Source: Alphaproteobacteria bacterium
GTDB lineage: Bacteria; Pseudomonadota; Alphaproteobacteria; JAAXGF01
Assembly (NCBI GenBank): GCA_963555825.3
Contig: CAUVXB020000002.1
Coordinates: 32,001-96,000 of the forward strand
DNA: 64,000 nt
Direction: 5' to 3'
Below are positions 10,035 through 18,747 of the stretch, one piece after another. The number at the start of each line of letters is the position of its first letter. The stretch's first letter is position 1. The notes under the pieces were generated by a model. The model did no database searches and was not told the origin of the DNA. It was given only the letters and a program-made list of their open reading frames with translations. Both the position numbers and the translations under genes were made by a program.

Positions 10035-11372
10035 TGTGGCTCCCATAAATCCTATCTGCCGCAGAAATCCTAGTATTCCCGGCTTGTGCCGGATAGCGTC
10101 TCCGACATGTGCACGACCATTCGAATTGTCCTTGCCATGGTCCGTGAGGCTTTCCTCAGCCGCGCGGCGTTGCATCTTGAGAACCTTGCCCTGCGACAGC
10201 AGCTTGCCGCCTTAGATCGGAAAGGAGCCAGGCCATCGCTTCGGATGGCCGATCGCCTTTTCTGGGTCGTCCTGTCTCGGCTGTGGTCGGGTTGGAGGGA
10301 GATCCTGGTGATCGTCAAGCCGGAGACGGTTATCGGCTGGCATCGAAAGGGCTTCCGACGTTTCTGGACCCGGAAGTCGCGACGGGGGAAGCCGGGACGA
10401 CCGCCCGTGTCGAGCGAATTCCGAGGGCTTATCCGCCGGATGTCTCGGGAGAATCCGTTGTGGGGCGCTCCCCGAATCCACGGTGAGCTCAGGATGCTCG
10501 GCTTCGAGGTCTCCGAGGCGGCCGTGTCCAAGTACATGCCGCGCCATCCAAAGCCACCTTCGCAGACATGGCGGACGTTCCTCGAGAACCACGTCGGGTG
10601 CCTAGCGTCGACCGACTTCTTCGTCGTACCCACCGCGACGTTCAGTCTTCTATTCGTGCTCGTTGTGCTGCGGCACGAGCGTCGGCGGATTGTTCACATC
10701 GGCACCACGGCACACCCGACTGCGGCGTGGGTCGCGCAACAGATCCGGGAGGCCTTTCCGTGGGAGACAGCACCACGGTATATGATCCGAGATCGGGATC
10801 GTGTGTACGGTATTGCCTTTCGTTCGCGGATAAAGGCGATGGGCATCGAAGAGGTCGTGACGGCGCCGCGATCGCCGTGGCAGTCGCCGTACGTTGAGCG
10901 CGTGATCGGGTCCATCAGGCGAGAGTGTCTGGATCACGTGATCGTTCTAAACGAACGGCATCTGCGGGCGATACTCTTGTCGTACATCGACTACTACCAG
11001 CGATCCCGCACGCACCTGGCGCTAGGCAAGGATACCCCTGAACGGCGATCGGTTCAGCCGGCTGGCGCCGGGAAGATCGTGGCGTTTCCACAGGTCGGCG
11101 GGCTGCATCATCGGTACCAGCGGTTGGCGGCCTGACTGGCACCGGCTATCGTATAATCGGCTTGCGGCGATGATTCTGACGCCGTCGGGGTCGCCGTAAC
11201 CTCAGCAATCCGTCTTACTATGGCAAGGCCCCCCAAGCCGGTTGCCGATCGATGTGGGCGTCGTTTCCGAAGATGACTATGCCCGCCTCACAGCGAAGAT
11301 GGTGCCATCACCAGTGCCGGCGGACCGGTCGGCGTTCTTGATGCACCCCGGATGAGATAAATGGGAGGCACA
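10035..11372 (+). mobile_element. Complete IS481-like element; transposase 10086-11135 (349 aa)
   Basis: TGT...ACA ends with imperfect IRs (TGTGGCTCCCATAAATC / TGTGCCTCCCATTTATC); HTH plus integrase core (DFF, RDRD, ERVIGSIRRECLD). Confidence 0.88.
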
Positions 11373-11646
11373 CCCAGTCACGGACCACCTGGAGCCCGAC
11401 AGTACCAATCCGCGCCGCCGCCGTGCGACGGCCACCATCGTAAATCTCAGCCAGCGCAAGAAGCCACCGGCTCTGTCCAGCATCCTTCGACGCCTTGGCT
11501 AACCACCGAAGCGCCGGACCATCAAATCTTCCCGTAACGCAACCGCTCTGCCCATGGCGAACCTCCGTATCAGTTCGCCTCATTGATTCAGACTTCTTGC
11601 CGTTTGGGAATCCCCTAAATGAGTCTCCTTCAATGCTCGATGGTAT
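11373..11646 (-). mobile_element. IS630-family left-end remnant truncated by IS481
   Basis: Degenerate MGRAVALRE.FDGPALR.LAKASKDAGQSR.LLALAEIYDGGRRT.AARIG.VGLQ.VRDWV. Confidence 0.75.
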
Positions 11647-11664
11647 TAACCCAATAATCGCGTT

Positions 11665-11984
11665 CTATTCGGTCGAAACCTGCGTTTTGGCTTCCGCGAG
11701 CAGGCGGGTCATCTCGTGACGCACCTTGTGCTCGTCCGTTGCGATCCCTTTGCCGGTCAGGTCGCCGAGCACCTTCCGCAACACATCGGCATCGCCCGGC
11801 TCTTCAAAATCGGCATCACGACCTGCTTGGCGTAGGCTTCGGCCTCCGCGCCTGAAATGCCCATTTGCTCCGCTGCCCACAGGCCGAGCAGCTTGTTGCG
11901 CCGCGCGATGGTCTTGAACTGGAACTCCTGATCATGCGCGAACTTGGCTTCGGCGGCTGTTTTGCGGTCATCAAAGGCGGTCAT
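11665..11984 (-). CDS. DUF1476 / zeta subunit, copy 2, full length but with a 1-bp frameshift near 11815
   Basis: N-half in ORF 11757-11984, C-half (ADFEEPGDADVLRKV...MTRLLAEAKTQVSTE) in ORF 11665-11880. Confidence 0.85.
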
Positions 11985-12316
11985 CGACTGAGCTCCTCAA
12001 CTTCAGAAGACGGGGTCGGCGCTCTATCCGCTTTTTCATTCTTGTATGCGATGAAGCCGGACGCACCCTTGCCTTTGGCGCGGCGCAGTGTGTAGCCATA
12101 ATTTCCGAGATTGAACTTCGGGTCATTCTCAAAGCCCGCGAGAGCCTCGACGATCTTCATCGCCACGGGATCTGGCTTGCTCCTGGCTTGTAAGGCAGCC
12201 TCCCGCTCCAGCCACCTTACGAAGACCTCTTCGGCGAGGTCGTCACCGACAGATTTCCGAAGCGCGTTCAATTTTCTCACCAGACCTTTGGTGAGCCCGG
12301 TCTCATCGATAGCCAT
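11981..12316 (-). CDS. Hypothetical protein (111 aa), copy 2
   Basis: Near-identical to 1128-1463. Confidence 0.8.
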   Translation of the reverse strand: MAIDETGLTKGLVRKLNALRKSVGDDLAEEVFVRWLEREAALQARSKPDPVAMKIVEALAGFENDPKFNLGNYGYTLRRAKGKGASGFIAYKNEKADRAPTPSSEVEELSR

Positions 12317-12453
12317 TTCTTAAACCCCTCATTTCAAGCCTCTTATACTGCCGCGTGGCCCGGCTGGTGCAACTGATTGCCACTGTTACACGCCAGCTTG
12401 CCGTTTCCCTTTTCACGTCGTTCACCTTGAACCGATGTGCTGGATGTATTCTA

Positions 12454-13632
12454 CTGTCCTGATCGATAAATTGATATGATTATGTCTCTATTTGTTTTTA
12501 GGAGGCGCGATTGATGGCGAGAGTGGCGGTGACGATCTCTTTGAGCGATGACGAGCGCGCCGAATTGGAGGCGCTGTCTCGTCGTCGCAAGACGTCGCAG
12601 GGGCTTGCGCGGCGGGCTCGGATCGTCTTGGCGGCGGCGGAAGGGTTGGAGAACAAGGAGATCGCCGTTCGTCTCGAGGCGAGCGCGGACACCGTGGGCA
12701 AGTGGCGTCGCCGCTATGCGGCGGAGGGCCTCGACGGTCTGTACGACGAACCCCGCCCCGGCGCGCCGCGTCAAATCGGCGATGACGCCATCGCGGAAGC
12801 GGTCCGGCTGACGCTGGAAGAGACGCCGCCGGACGCGACCCATTGGAGCCTTCGCTCGATGGCGCGGGCGAGCGGCCACGCGCCCTCGACCATTCATCGC
12901 ATCTGGCGGGCCTTCGGCTTGCAGCCGCATCGCTCGGAGACCTTCAAGCTGTCGAGCGATCCCTTCTTCGTGGAGAAGGTCCGCGACATCGTCGGTCTGT
13001 ATTTGGCGCCGCCGGATCGTGCCCTGGTTCTCTGTGTCGACGAAAAGAGCCAGATCCAGGCCCTGGACCGTTCCCAGCCCCTCTTGCCGATGCGCCCCGG
13101 GCAGGCGGAGCGGCGCAGCCACGACTACAAGCGCCACGGCACGACCTCTCTCTTCGCGGCCCTCGACATCGCCACGGGAGAGATCATCGGCAAATGTTTC
13201 CCGCGCCATCGGGCCCGAGAGTTCCGCAAATTCCTCGACCTCGTCGAGGCGAACGTCCCTGCTGATCTCGACATCCACATCGTCATGGACAACTACGGGA
13301 CCCACAAGACCAAGGCGATCCGCGACTGGTTCGCCAAACGGCCGCGCTGGCAGGCCCATTTCACACCCACCAGCGCCTCCTGGCTGAACCAGGTCGAGCG
13401 CTGGTTCGGGCTGCTGACCGACAAGCAGATCAGGCGCGGCGTCCATCGCTCCACCAAGGAGTTGGAGCGCACCATCCTCGACTACATCGACACGACAAAC
13501 CAGAACCCCAAACCCTTCAAATGGACCAAATCCGCCGATGACATCCTCGGCGCCATCCAGCGCTTCTGCCTCCGAACAATCGAAATCGCTGAACAGCAGG
13601 CGAAAATCATGCGAACTTCGGAATCGGGACAC
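12454..13632 (+). mobile_element. IS630-family element with TA duplication; transposase from 12511/12514
   Basis: Empty site in copy 1 (tattcTAccgcc); here TA-ctgtcctgat...atcgggacac-TA; motifs [28 protein letters not shown]. Confidence 0.95.
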
Positions 13633-13693
13633 TACCGCCAAACCAAGTTAATCGCCGCCGGCGCCGACAAGGGAAATTTACAGGCATTGCCTG

Positions 13694-13978
13694 ATGTTCA
13701 CCGTAGTCACCCCTACGACGAGTCTTAGCCTCGACGATCATTTCATAAAGCGCCCGGCGGCGACATTCTTTGTCACGGTCGAGGGCGGCGGCATGGCCGA
13801 ACACGGGATCCTTGCCGGCGATACCCTGATCGTCGACCGTTCACGTACACCAGGCAAGGGTTCCATCGTCATCGCGGCAATCGAGGGCGAGTTGACCGCC
13901 CGTCCCTTCGCCGCCCTCGATGGCGAGGAGGCCCACGTCTGGGGCGTCGTTGCCGGGGTGGTGCGAAGCCTGCCATGA
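13694..13978 (+). CDS. umuD: UmuD'-like protein, copy 2
   Basis: Two substitutions relative to copy 1. Confidence 0.8.
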   Translation: MFTVVTPTTSLSLDDHFIKRPAATFFVTVEGGGMAEHGILAGDTLIVDRSRTPGKGSIVIAAIEGELTARPFAALDGEEAHVWGVVAGVVRSLP

Positions 13979-15234
13979 GCGTCTACGGACTGGCCGACTG
14001 CAACAACTTCTTCGTCTCCTGCGAGCGGGTCTTCCGTCCTGCGCTCGAAGGCCGTCCCGCCGTCGTCCTGTCGTCGAACGACGGCTGCATCGTGGCGCGC
14101 AGCGACGAGGCAAAGGCGCTCGGCGTCAAGATGGCACAGCCGGCATTCCAGGCGAAAGACCTCATCGAGCGGCACAGCATTGCCGTCATCAGCGGCAACC
14201 TCCAGTTCTATACCGACATGAGCACCCGGGTGATGCAGGTCTTCGGGGAACTCGTCCCGGCGGTGGAGAAATACTCGATCGACGAATGTTTTCTCGATCT
14301 CATGGGCATACCGGAAGACCTCACTGCATTCTGCCAAAGACTGAAACATACCGTGCGGCAATGGACCGGGCTGCCGATCAGCATCGGCATCGCAGAGACC
14401 AAGACCCTTGCCAAGATAGCCAACCGTCTCGCGAAGACCTCCGCCAAAACGAACGGTGTTCTCGATCTCACCGGTGAGCGCTGGCGCGACAGGGCGCTGG
14501 CGTCAACTGAAGTCGGCAATATCTGGGGCATCGGCAGGCAGTACGCTCAAAAACTCAACCGCAACGGCATCATGACGGCCCTCGATCTGACGAGCCGTCC
14601 CGATGGTTGGATCCGCAAGGAGATGGGCGTCGGCGGGCTGAAGACGGTGCGGGAATTGCGCGGCGAGGACTGTATAGGCTTCGATAACATGCCCCAGCCC
14701 AAGCAGACGACGATGGTCTCGCGGTCCTTCGGTGCGGAAGTGCGCGACTACGACGAATTGGCCAATGCGATCGCCATGTTCGCGACCGATGCAGCGCGCT
14801 CCCTTCGCAGGGCCAATCTCGTCTCAACCACGGTGAGCGTGTTCATCGAGACCAACCGTTACGGCAAGAGCCTGCACTATGCTCCGTCCCGCTCAGAGGC
14901 GCTTTCGCCCGCGACCAATAACACGAGGCATGTGGTGCGAGCCGCGCTGACCGCCCTGAAGCACATCTATCGCGAGGGGTTGGCGTATAAACGCGCCGGC
15001 GTGATGCTGCTCGACCTCGTCGAGGCCGGGCAAGCGCAAGTTTCCCTATTCGATGCGCATGATCCAAGGGACGACAAGCTGATCGAAGCGTTCGACGCCA
15101 TCAACGACCGGTTGGGGCCGGGAGCGATCCAGTTCGGCCCCGCGGCGCAGACCGCAGCCTGGCGATCGAGCAGCGCCTTCCGCTCGCCCTTCTACACAAC
15201 CCGTTGGGAAGACATCCCGAAGGTTAAAACCTGA
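13975..15234 (+). CDS. umuC: Y-family DNA polymerase V catalytic subunit, copy 2 (native C-terminus)
   Basis: Same motifs as copy 1; ends WEDIPKVKT. Confidence 0.95.
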   Translation: MSVYGLADCNNFFVSCERVFRPALEGRPAVVLSSNDGCIVARSDEAKALGVKMAQPAFQAKDLIERHSIAVISGNLQFYTDMSTRVMQVFGELVPAVEKYSIDECFLDLMGIPEDLTAFCQRLKHTVRQWTGLPISIGIAETKTLAKIANRLAKTSAKTNGVLDLTGERWRDRALASTEVGNIWGIGRQYAQKLNRNGIMTALDLTSRPDGWIRKEMGVGGLKTVRELRGEDCIGFDNMPQPKQTTMVSRSFGAEVRDYDELANAIAMFATDAARSLRRANLVSTTVSVFIETNRYGKSLHYAPSRSEALSPATNNTRHVVRAALTALKHIYREGLAYKRAGVMLLDLVEAGQAQVSLFDAHDPRDDKLIEAFDAINDRLGPGAIQFGPAAQTAAWRSSSAFRSPFYTTRWEDIPKVKT

Positions 15235-15410
15235 GCCTCGGTAGACCCGGGCGTCGATCCGGGCAGCGGTCCACAAGCAGAAAGTTACACTACGGGCGCG
15301 CTGCCTCCGCCAGAACCTGGCGCGCCGGCGAGAGAATGAGGCCGGGGCCTTTCGGGCGGCGGGGACGAGGGCGAGAGAACGGCTTTCGCGGCCCCGCCGG
15401 GAGGCCTCGA

Positions 15411-15913
15411 ATGACCCAATCGAAGGCAGTGGCGATCAGGACGGCGATAGCGATAATCGCGTCCCTGTTTCGGGTCGGTTGCATGTCCGGCGGTCATGGG
15501 GTGAAGCGGATGACCGGCGCAGAGGGCTCGGCGACATCGCCGGGGGGGGGGGGGGGGGGGCCAGGTCCACGGCCGGAAGCGGCAAGCACGGGATCGCGGC
15601 CACGGCAGCTGGAACCATGGCGGGGCTGTTTCCCGGTAGCGGGATCGGCGCCTCGCTCGACCAGGCCGACCGGCTATATGCGGCCCGTTTGCGGCAAGCC
15701 GCGTCGGAGACCCGTCCAAGCGGGGTGCCCTCCCGCTGGCACAATCCCAATACCGGCAACGCAGGGGCGATTACGCCAACCCACACCGACAGATCGGCCT
15801 GCGGCATCTACTGTCGGGAATAACAGTTCACCGTGACCGCCGGCGGGCGCACCGAGCAAGCACACGGCAGCGCCTGCCGCCAGTCCGGCGGCTCGTGGCG
15901 GGTATCGAACTAA
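15411..15913 (+). pseudogene. 17-kDa surface antigen (RT0821/Lpp0805-like) glycine-zipper lipoprotein pseudogene
   Basis: G.MAGLF.GS.IG.SLDQADR...SG..S.W.NPNTGN.G..TP...YCRE*QFTVT.GG.TEQA.G.ACRQ..GSW; internal stop and poly-G frameshift. Confidence 0.75.
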
Positions 15914-16115
15914 CCCCACGCTCGCCCGGAGTGCCCTGCTCGACGCAGTAGCGGCGGGGATCGATTCAACCGTCCTTGCACGGTCCAGCCGTTCCGGCCC
16001 CATCCGGTTCCGTCACGCCGCCGAGAGCGAGAGCTTGAGCCAAAGGCGGGCGAGGGCGGATGCCGAAGAGGGTGTCCCCGCCCGGTTCCGCATTCACGCA
16101 ATCCCGGAGACCGAC

Positions 16116-18656
16116 ATGCACGACCCCGAACGCGATATCCGCGACATCCCGCTGTCCCAACTCGAACTCTCGCCCGACAATGTGCGCAAGACGCCGGCCG
16201 ATGCTTCGGCCTTCACCGAGCTCAAGGCCTCGATCGCCGCCCACGGGCTGCTCGAGAACCTGATTGCCCGCGCCATGGAACCCGGCACGGATGGTGCCGC
16301 GCGCTACGCGGTGATCGCCGGCGGACGGCGGCTGGCCGCGATGCAGGCGCTGGCCGCCGAGGGCGCGCTGGACGAGGACCACCCCGTGCCCTGCCGCATG
16401 ATCGGAAATATCGTGGCGGCCGAAGAAGTTTCGCTGGCCGAGAACAGTGTCCGCGCCGCCATGCACCCGGCCGATCAGGTCGAGGCGTTCCGCCGCCTGG
16501 CCGATGCGGGCAGCACGGCGGCCGCCATCGCGGCGCGCTTCGGGGTCTCGGAGCGCACCGTGGAGAAGCGGCTGCGGCTCGGCAACGCCGCACCGGTGCT
16601 GCTCGAGGCCTACCGCGCGGGCGAAATCGATCTGGACACATTGATGGCCTTCGCCGTCACCACGGATCATGCGCGCCAGAGCGCGGTCTGGGCGGCGGTG
16701 AGCCAGCAGGGCTACCGGCCCGGCGCTTGGCAGATCAAGCGCCTGCTGACCGAGGACCGGGTTCCGGCCACCTCCGCAATCGTGCGTTTTGTCGGCATCG
16801 AGGCTTACGAGGCGACGGGCGGCAAGATCGACCGCGACCTGTTCGCCGAAGAGGACGAGCGGGGAATCTGGTTCGACGATCCCGATCTCTTGAACAAGCT
16901 CGCCATTGACAGCCTCCAGGTCGCGGCGAGGGAACTGGAGACGCGCTGGAAATGGGCCGAGGCGCGGCTCGACGTGGACTGGAGCGCCACCGCCGCCTTC
17001 GGGCGGGTGCGCCCACAACCGGCCGAGCCGACGGACGGGGAGAAGGCCGAGATCGAACGCTTGCGGACCCGCAACGACGAACTCGCCAACATGGACGACG
17101 ACGGCTGGACCGAAGAATTGGTCGAGGAAGCCGAGTCCAACGAGACGCGGCTCGACGAGATCGAGGCCATGATCGAGGCCCGCGCGGTCTACCGGCGCGA
17201 GGATATCGCCATCGCCGGGTGCATCGCCACCGTCGGCAACGACGGCGAACTCAAACTGATCCAGGGCCTGGTCAGGCCCGAGGACATGCCCGCGCGCGAA
17301 TCCAACGATGCGAACATGGCCGGACAAGACGATACCGGCGACGGGGAGAGCGCCAGTTCCAGCATCGAGGCTCCCACACTTGCGGCTCCCCTCGCTTCGC
17401 TCGGCGATGCGGAAGCCGAGGCGCGCAAGGAAGCGGGCGTCGGCATCGGCCTCGCCGACGACTTGCGGGCCATCCGCACGGCCATCGTCAAGAGCCAGCT
17501 CGCCTGCGACTTCGAGGCGGCCTTCGATCTGCTGCTGTTCCAGCTTGCCCGCGGCGTGTTCACCAACGGCTACCATGACGACGCACTCGACATCAGGGCA
17601 ACCGAGACCCCGGACCGTCCGGCCATGCGGGTCAACGACGATGCTTTCGGCACCGTCAATGTCGGCGAGAAGCACCTCGAGATCGACCGTGCCGCGCAAA
17701 AGCTAGACTGGACCGGCCTGTCCGATGACGAGGCCTTCGCCGAGCTGCGGGCGCTTCCCGAACAAGACAAGCGGACCCTGTTCGCGTCCTGCGTCGCGCG
17801 CACGCTAAAGGGCCAACTGGCGTTCGAACCCAAGGCCCGGGCTGAGGTCGAAGCGACCGTGGCCCGGCTCGACATCGATTTCGCCGCCGCTGTCCGCGGC
17901 AACCGCGATCAGGTCTGGACCGCCGATCTGCTGTGGTCACGGTTGCGCAAGGATCGAATCCTCGCCATCGCCCGCGAAACGCTGGGCGAGACCTGGGCGC
18001 AAGCGGAGGCCAAGCAGAAGAAGGCGGACATCGCCAAGGCGATGCAGGACGCATTCGCCCACGGAGACGATGTGCCCGCCGGGGTCACGGCCGAGGGCCG
18101 CGCCTCGGCAATCGCCTGGACGCCGCCGGGCTTCCGCGCCTTCGATACGGGCACCGTCGACGACAGCGGTGCGGCAGATGACGAGAGGAAAGCCGCTTCC
18201 GATCCGCAACCCGCGGCAGCGGATATGCCGTTGGAGGATGCGCCGGAAGATGATGGCGATGACGCCGACGGTGGCGCCGATCCATCGGGCGCCGACAGCG
18301 ACACCTCGCAATCCGGGGAACCGGGGGCCGGTGCGCTGCCGGACAATGATCCTGAGCCCACTCCGGTGGAGGCGACGCGTCGTCCCATGAACGTGAGCGT
18401 TCCTTGCATCGTCGAGAGCAACGATGCTCCCGCCGTGGCCGAACGCCGCGCCACGGCACTCGCCTCGGCCATGAACGTGGATGCAACGGTCCCGGTTGCG
18501 GCGTCCGCGCCGGAAGTGGCCGGCCCGCCCGCCGCCGACACGGGCGACCATGACGTGTCCGTAGAGCGGGAACAGGTCCTGGCCCCGCCGCGCGGCAACG
18601 GCCGCGACAACAAAGCGGAGTTGCTGGAGATACCGGCCTTCCTGCGCCGCGGCTGA
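16116..18656 (+). CDS. Large ParB/Spo0J-like protein of conjugative elements with an acidic linker and FtsZ-like tail
   Basis: NVRKT, ELKASI..HGLLENL, VIAGGRRL.A, SLAEN..R..MHPADQ, HTH; GGAG RBS before ATG 16116. Confidence 0.9.
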   Translation: MHDPERDIRDIPLSQLELSPDNVRKTPADASAFTELKASIAAHGLLENLIARAMEPGTDGAARYAVIAGGRRLAAMQALAAEGALDEDHPVPCRMIGNIVAAEEVSLAENSVRAAMHPADQVEAFRRLADAGSTAAAIAARFGVSERTVEKRLRLGNAAPVLLEAYRAGEIDLDTLMAFAVTTDHARQSAVWAAVSQQGYRPGAWQIKRLLTEDRVPATSAIVRFVGIEAYEATGGKIDRDLFAEEDERGIWFDDPDLLNKLAIDSLQVAARELETRWKWAEARLDVDWSATAAFGRVRPQPAEPTDGEKAEIERLRTRNDELANMDDDGWTEELVEEAESNETRLDEIEAMIEARAVYRREDIAIAGCIATVGNDGELKLIQGLVRPEDMPARESNDANMAGQDDTGDGESASSSIEAPTLAAPLASLGDAEAEARKEAGVGIGLADDLRAIRTAIVKSQLACDFEAAFDLLLFQLARGVFTNGYHDDALDIRATETPDRPAMRVNDDAFGTVNVGEKHLEIDRAAQKLDWTGLSDDEAFAELRALPEQDKRTLFASCVARTLKGQLAFEPKARAEVEATVARLDIDFAAAVRGNRDQVWTADLLWSRLRKDRILAIARETLGETWAQAEAKQKKADIAKAMQDAFAHGDDVPAGVTAEGRASAIAWTPPGFRAFDTGTVDDSGAADDERKAASDPQPAAADMPLEDAPEDDGDDADGGADPSGADSDTSQSGEPGAGALPDNDPEPTPVEATRRPMNVSVPCIVESNDAPAVAERRATALASAMNVDATVPVAASAPEVAGPPAADTGDHDVSVEREQVLAPPRGNGRDNKAELLEIPAFLRRG

Positions 18657-18681
18657 GCCACCGCGTTCTTCCCTCACGACA

Positions 18682-18716
18682 ACGCCCCGCCGGCTTCATA
18701 CCGGCGGGGCGTTTCT
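18682..18716 (+). terminator. Intrinsic terminator-like hairpin
   Basis: acgccccgccgg-cttcata-ccggcggggcgt followed by ttc. Confidence 0.6.
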
Positions 18717-18747
18717 AATTCCCGCATCGACAACCAGGAGTTTCCCA

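Larger units (their letters stand above)
11745..15220 (+). repeat. Direct repeat copy 2 of the zeta-hyp-umuD-umuC module
   Basis: Co-linear with 891-3186, plus an IS630 insertion. Confidence 0.95.

Noticed and set aside
15235-16115. att site, tRNA or integrase marking the element's left border
   Set aside because: None was found; ICE versus plasmid cannot be decided from this window.
15966-17699. Long antisense ORFs (also 18895-20541, 42548-44176, 45621-46967, 56115-58262)
   Set aside because: Shadow frames of high-GC genes with no recognisable motifs.
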